NCBI GenBank assembly: GCA_963796285.1
Contig: CAWCKW010000001.1
Location: 64,001-128,000, forward strand
Direction: 5' to 3'
DNA length: 64,000 nt
From: Nitrospirota bacterium
GTDB lineage: Bacteria > Nitrospirota > UBA9217
The notes below the pieces were generated by a model. The model did no database searches, was not told the origin of the DNA, and worked only from the letters and a program-made list of their open reading frames with translations. This document shows positions 62,305 to 64,000 of this stretch, piece by piece. Within the stretch, counting starts at the first letter, position 1. Each line of letters opens with the position of its first letter. Made by a program: the position numbers and the translations under genes.

Positions 62305-63882
62305 ATGAAGGTTCTGATCAGCGACAACCTCTCCCCGATCGGGGTGGAAATATTGAAAAAGGCCGGGCTTGAGGTGGACGCCCGGAGTAAAACATCGGCC
62401 GAGGAGATCGAGAAGATCATCGGTGACTACGACGCGCTCATCATCCGTTCGGCCACCAAGGTCACGGCGGCGCTGCTCGAGAAGGCGACGAAGCTCAAGG
62501 TGGTCGGTCGTGCGGGCAGCGGTCTGGACAACGTGGAGATCCCGGCAGCCACCAAGAAGGGTGTGGTCGTCATGAACACGCCGGGCGGCAACACGATCAC
62601 CACGGCGGAACACACCATCGGCATGATCTTCGCCTGTGCCCGAATGATCCCCCAGGCCTATTCCTCGCTCAAGGCGGGGAAGTGGGAAAAGAAAAAGTTC
62701 GAAGGCGTCGAGCTGTATGCCAAGACCCTGGGCATCATCGGCATGGGCGCGATCGGCGGTGTGGTCGCGAACCGTGCGATTGGGCTCGGCATGAAGGTGC
62801 TGGCCTTCGATCCTTTTATCTCTCCGGAAAAGGCGAAAAGTCTGGGGATCGAGCTGGCGGACCTGCCGACGATCTATAAAAATTCTGATTTTATAACCCT
62901 TCACACGCCGAAGACCAGGGAAACAGCGAACCTGATCAATAAGGACACGATCCGCCAAATGAAGGATGGCGTTCGCATCATCAACTGCGCCAGGGGCGGG
63001 ATCGTGAACGAACAGGACCTCTACGAGGCGCTCAAGAGCGGCAAGGTCGCCGGTGCGGCGTTTGACGTGTTCGAAAAAGAGCCGCCGGAGAACCATCCGC
63101 TCCTCACACTCGACAATTTTATCGCCACGCCTCACCTCGGCGCATCGACACGTGAGGCCCAGGAGAACGTGGCCGTCGCCGTTGCGGAGCAGATCGTGGA
63201 CTACCTCATCGCCGGCACGGTGCGGAACGCCGTGAACGTACCGTCGGTGCCCGCAGACCAGCTCCCGATGCTCTCCCCCTACATCAATCTTGCGGAGCGC
63301 ATGGGACTCTTCCAAGCGCAGCTTTGTGAGGGAGGCCTCACGCAGGTGACGGTGGAGTATAGCGGAGAGGTGTCCAATCTCAAGCAGGAGCCGATCACGC
63401 TTGCAGCGCTCAAAGGCCTGCTGACGCCGATCCTCAATGAGAACGTCAACTATGTGAATGCACCGCTCATCGCAAAGGACCGCGGCATCGAGATCAAGGT
63501 GTCCAAATCGGTCGATACCACCGAGTACACGAGTCTTATCACGATCCGGGTCAAGGCCGGCGGCAAGGACCTTTCCGTTGCCGGGACGTTGAACAGCAAA
63601 AAAGAACCGCGCATCATTCAGGTGGACAACTTCCCCATGGAGACCGTGCCCGAGGGCGACATGCTCGTGCTCATGAACAACGACAAACCGGGTGTGATCG
63701 GCGGCATAGGCATGCTGCTCGGCCAGAACGGGATCAATATCGCGCGCATGCAGTTCGGCCGCGAGAAGCAGGGCGGGATGGCGATGTCGGTCGTAAGCAT
63801 CGACAGTGCCGTGTCCGACGACCTCATGGCAAAGATCAAACAGATGCCGAACGTGCTGTCGGTGAAGCAGGTTAAAATATAG
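62305..63882 (+). CDS. serA: D-3-phosphoglycerate dehydrogenase (long form with ACT domain)
   Basis: RAGSGLDNV, GMGAIG, NCARGG, PHLGAST, NNDKPGVIG. Confidence 0.96.
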   Translation: MKVLISDNLSPIGVEILKKAGLEVDARSKTSAEEIEKIIGDYDALIIRSATKVTAALLEKATKLKVVGRAGSGLDNVEIPAATKKGVVVMNTPGGNTITTAEHTIGMIFACARMIPQAYSSLKAGKWEKKKFEGVELYAKTLGIIGMGAIGGVVANRAIGLGMKVLAFDPFISPEKAKSLGIELADLPTIYKNSDFITLHTPKTRETANLINKDTIRQMKDGVRIINCARGGIVNEQDLYEALKSGKVAGAAFDVFEKEPPENHPLLTLDNFIATPHLGASTREAQENVAVAVAEQIVDYLIAGTVRNAVNVPSVPADQLPMLSPYINLAERMGLFQAQLCEGGLTQVTVEYSGEVSNLKQEPITLAALKGLLTPILNENVNYVNAPLIAKDRGIEIKVSKSVDTTEYTSLITIRVKAGGKDLSVAGTLNSKKEPRIIQVDNFPMETVPEGDMLVLMNNDKPGVIGGIGMLLGQNGINIARMQFGREKQGGMAMSVVSIDSAVSDDLMAKIKQMPNVLSVKQVKI

Positions 63883-63902
63883 CATTCCGCTTTGATGGAA
63901 TG

Positions 63903-63988
63903 AATTGAAGATTGGAAGTTGGAAAGTGATGGCAGTTAGCTCTTCTGAGCAATTTGCAATTTAAAATTTCCAATTTACAATTTCCAAT
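63903..63988. repeat. Empty heptamer-periodic inverted-repeat element after serA
   Basis: aattgaa-gattgga-agttgga vs caatttg-caattta-aaatttc-caattta-caatttc; followed by an AAGGAG SD. Confidence 0.75.
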
Positions 63989-64000
63989 AAAGGAGTTCGT

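Noticed and set aside
62236-63885. Long antisense ORFs (for example 62236..63885, 682..1596, 35603..36703, 49410..50573)
   Set aside because: Shadow frames of GC-rich genes with no recognisable motifs

Overview
A GC-rich (roughly 55-60% in genes, by eye) chromosomal segment of an anaerobic respiring bacterium. Gene content and synteny suggest Nitrospirota or Desulfobacterota, which is an inference. It carries fabF, a DUF4912/GH57 pair, a complete E. coli-type nuoA-N operon with fused nuoCD, an octaheme HAO-family cytochrome, ihfA-merR-tRNA-Pro-surE-pcm, crcB, aspS, an ArsR-selD-TauE operon, a beta-oxidation/ETF operon, class II RNR with NrdR boxes, ttcA, and a serC-like gene plus serA. Three layers are missed by the ORF track. 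(1) Four selenoprotein genes are split at in-frame UGA codons, each followed by a SECIS-like hairpin: an ExtKL-like pentaheme cytochrome, a 55-aa dual-CxxC protein, SelD and a DUF1573 protein. (2) About 21 gene junctions, including 8 of the 12 in nuo, hold inverted-repeat elements of several sequence classes. Three are 'loaded' with a small nuclease-fold gene (two DUF559, one GxxExxY) and the rest are 'empty'. Some supply the Shine-Dalgarno sequence of the next gene, some are absorbed into reading frames, and some are nested. This is the best candidate for an undescribed system. (3) Two unusual small proteins: a 38-aa stand-alone YxGPERR/DRR peptide (candidate c-di-GMP binder) and a desulforedoxin-like domain fused to a histone-H1-like tail. 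Many genes, including essential aspS, have single-base frameshifts that are most likely sequencing errors. Family names are from my recognition of motifs; no database search was run.
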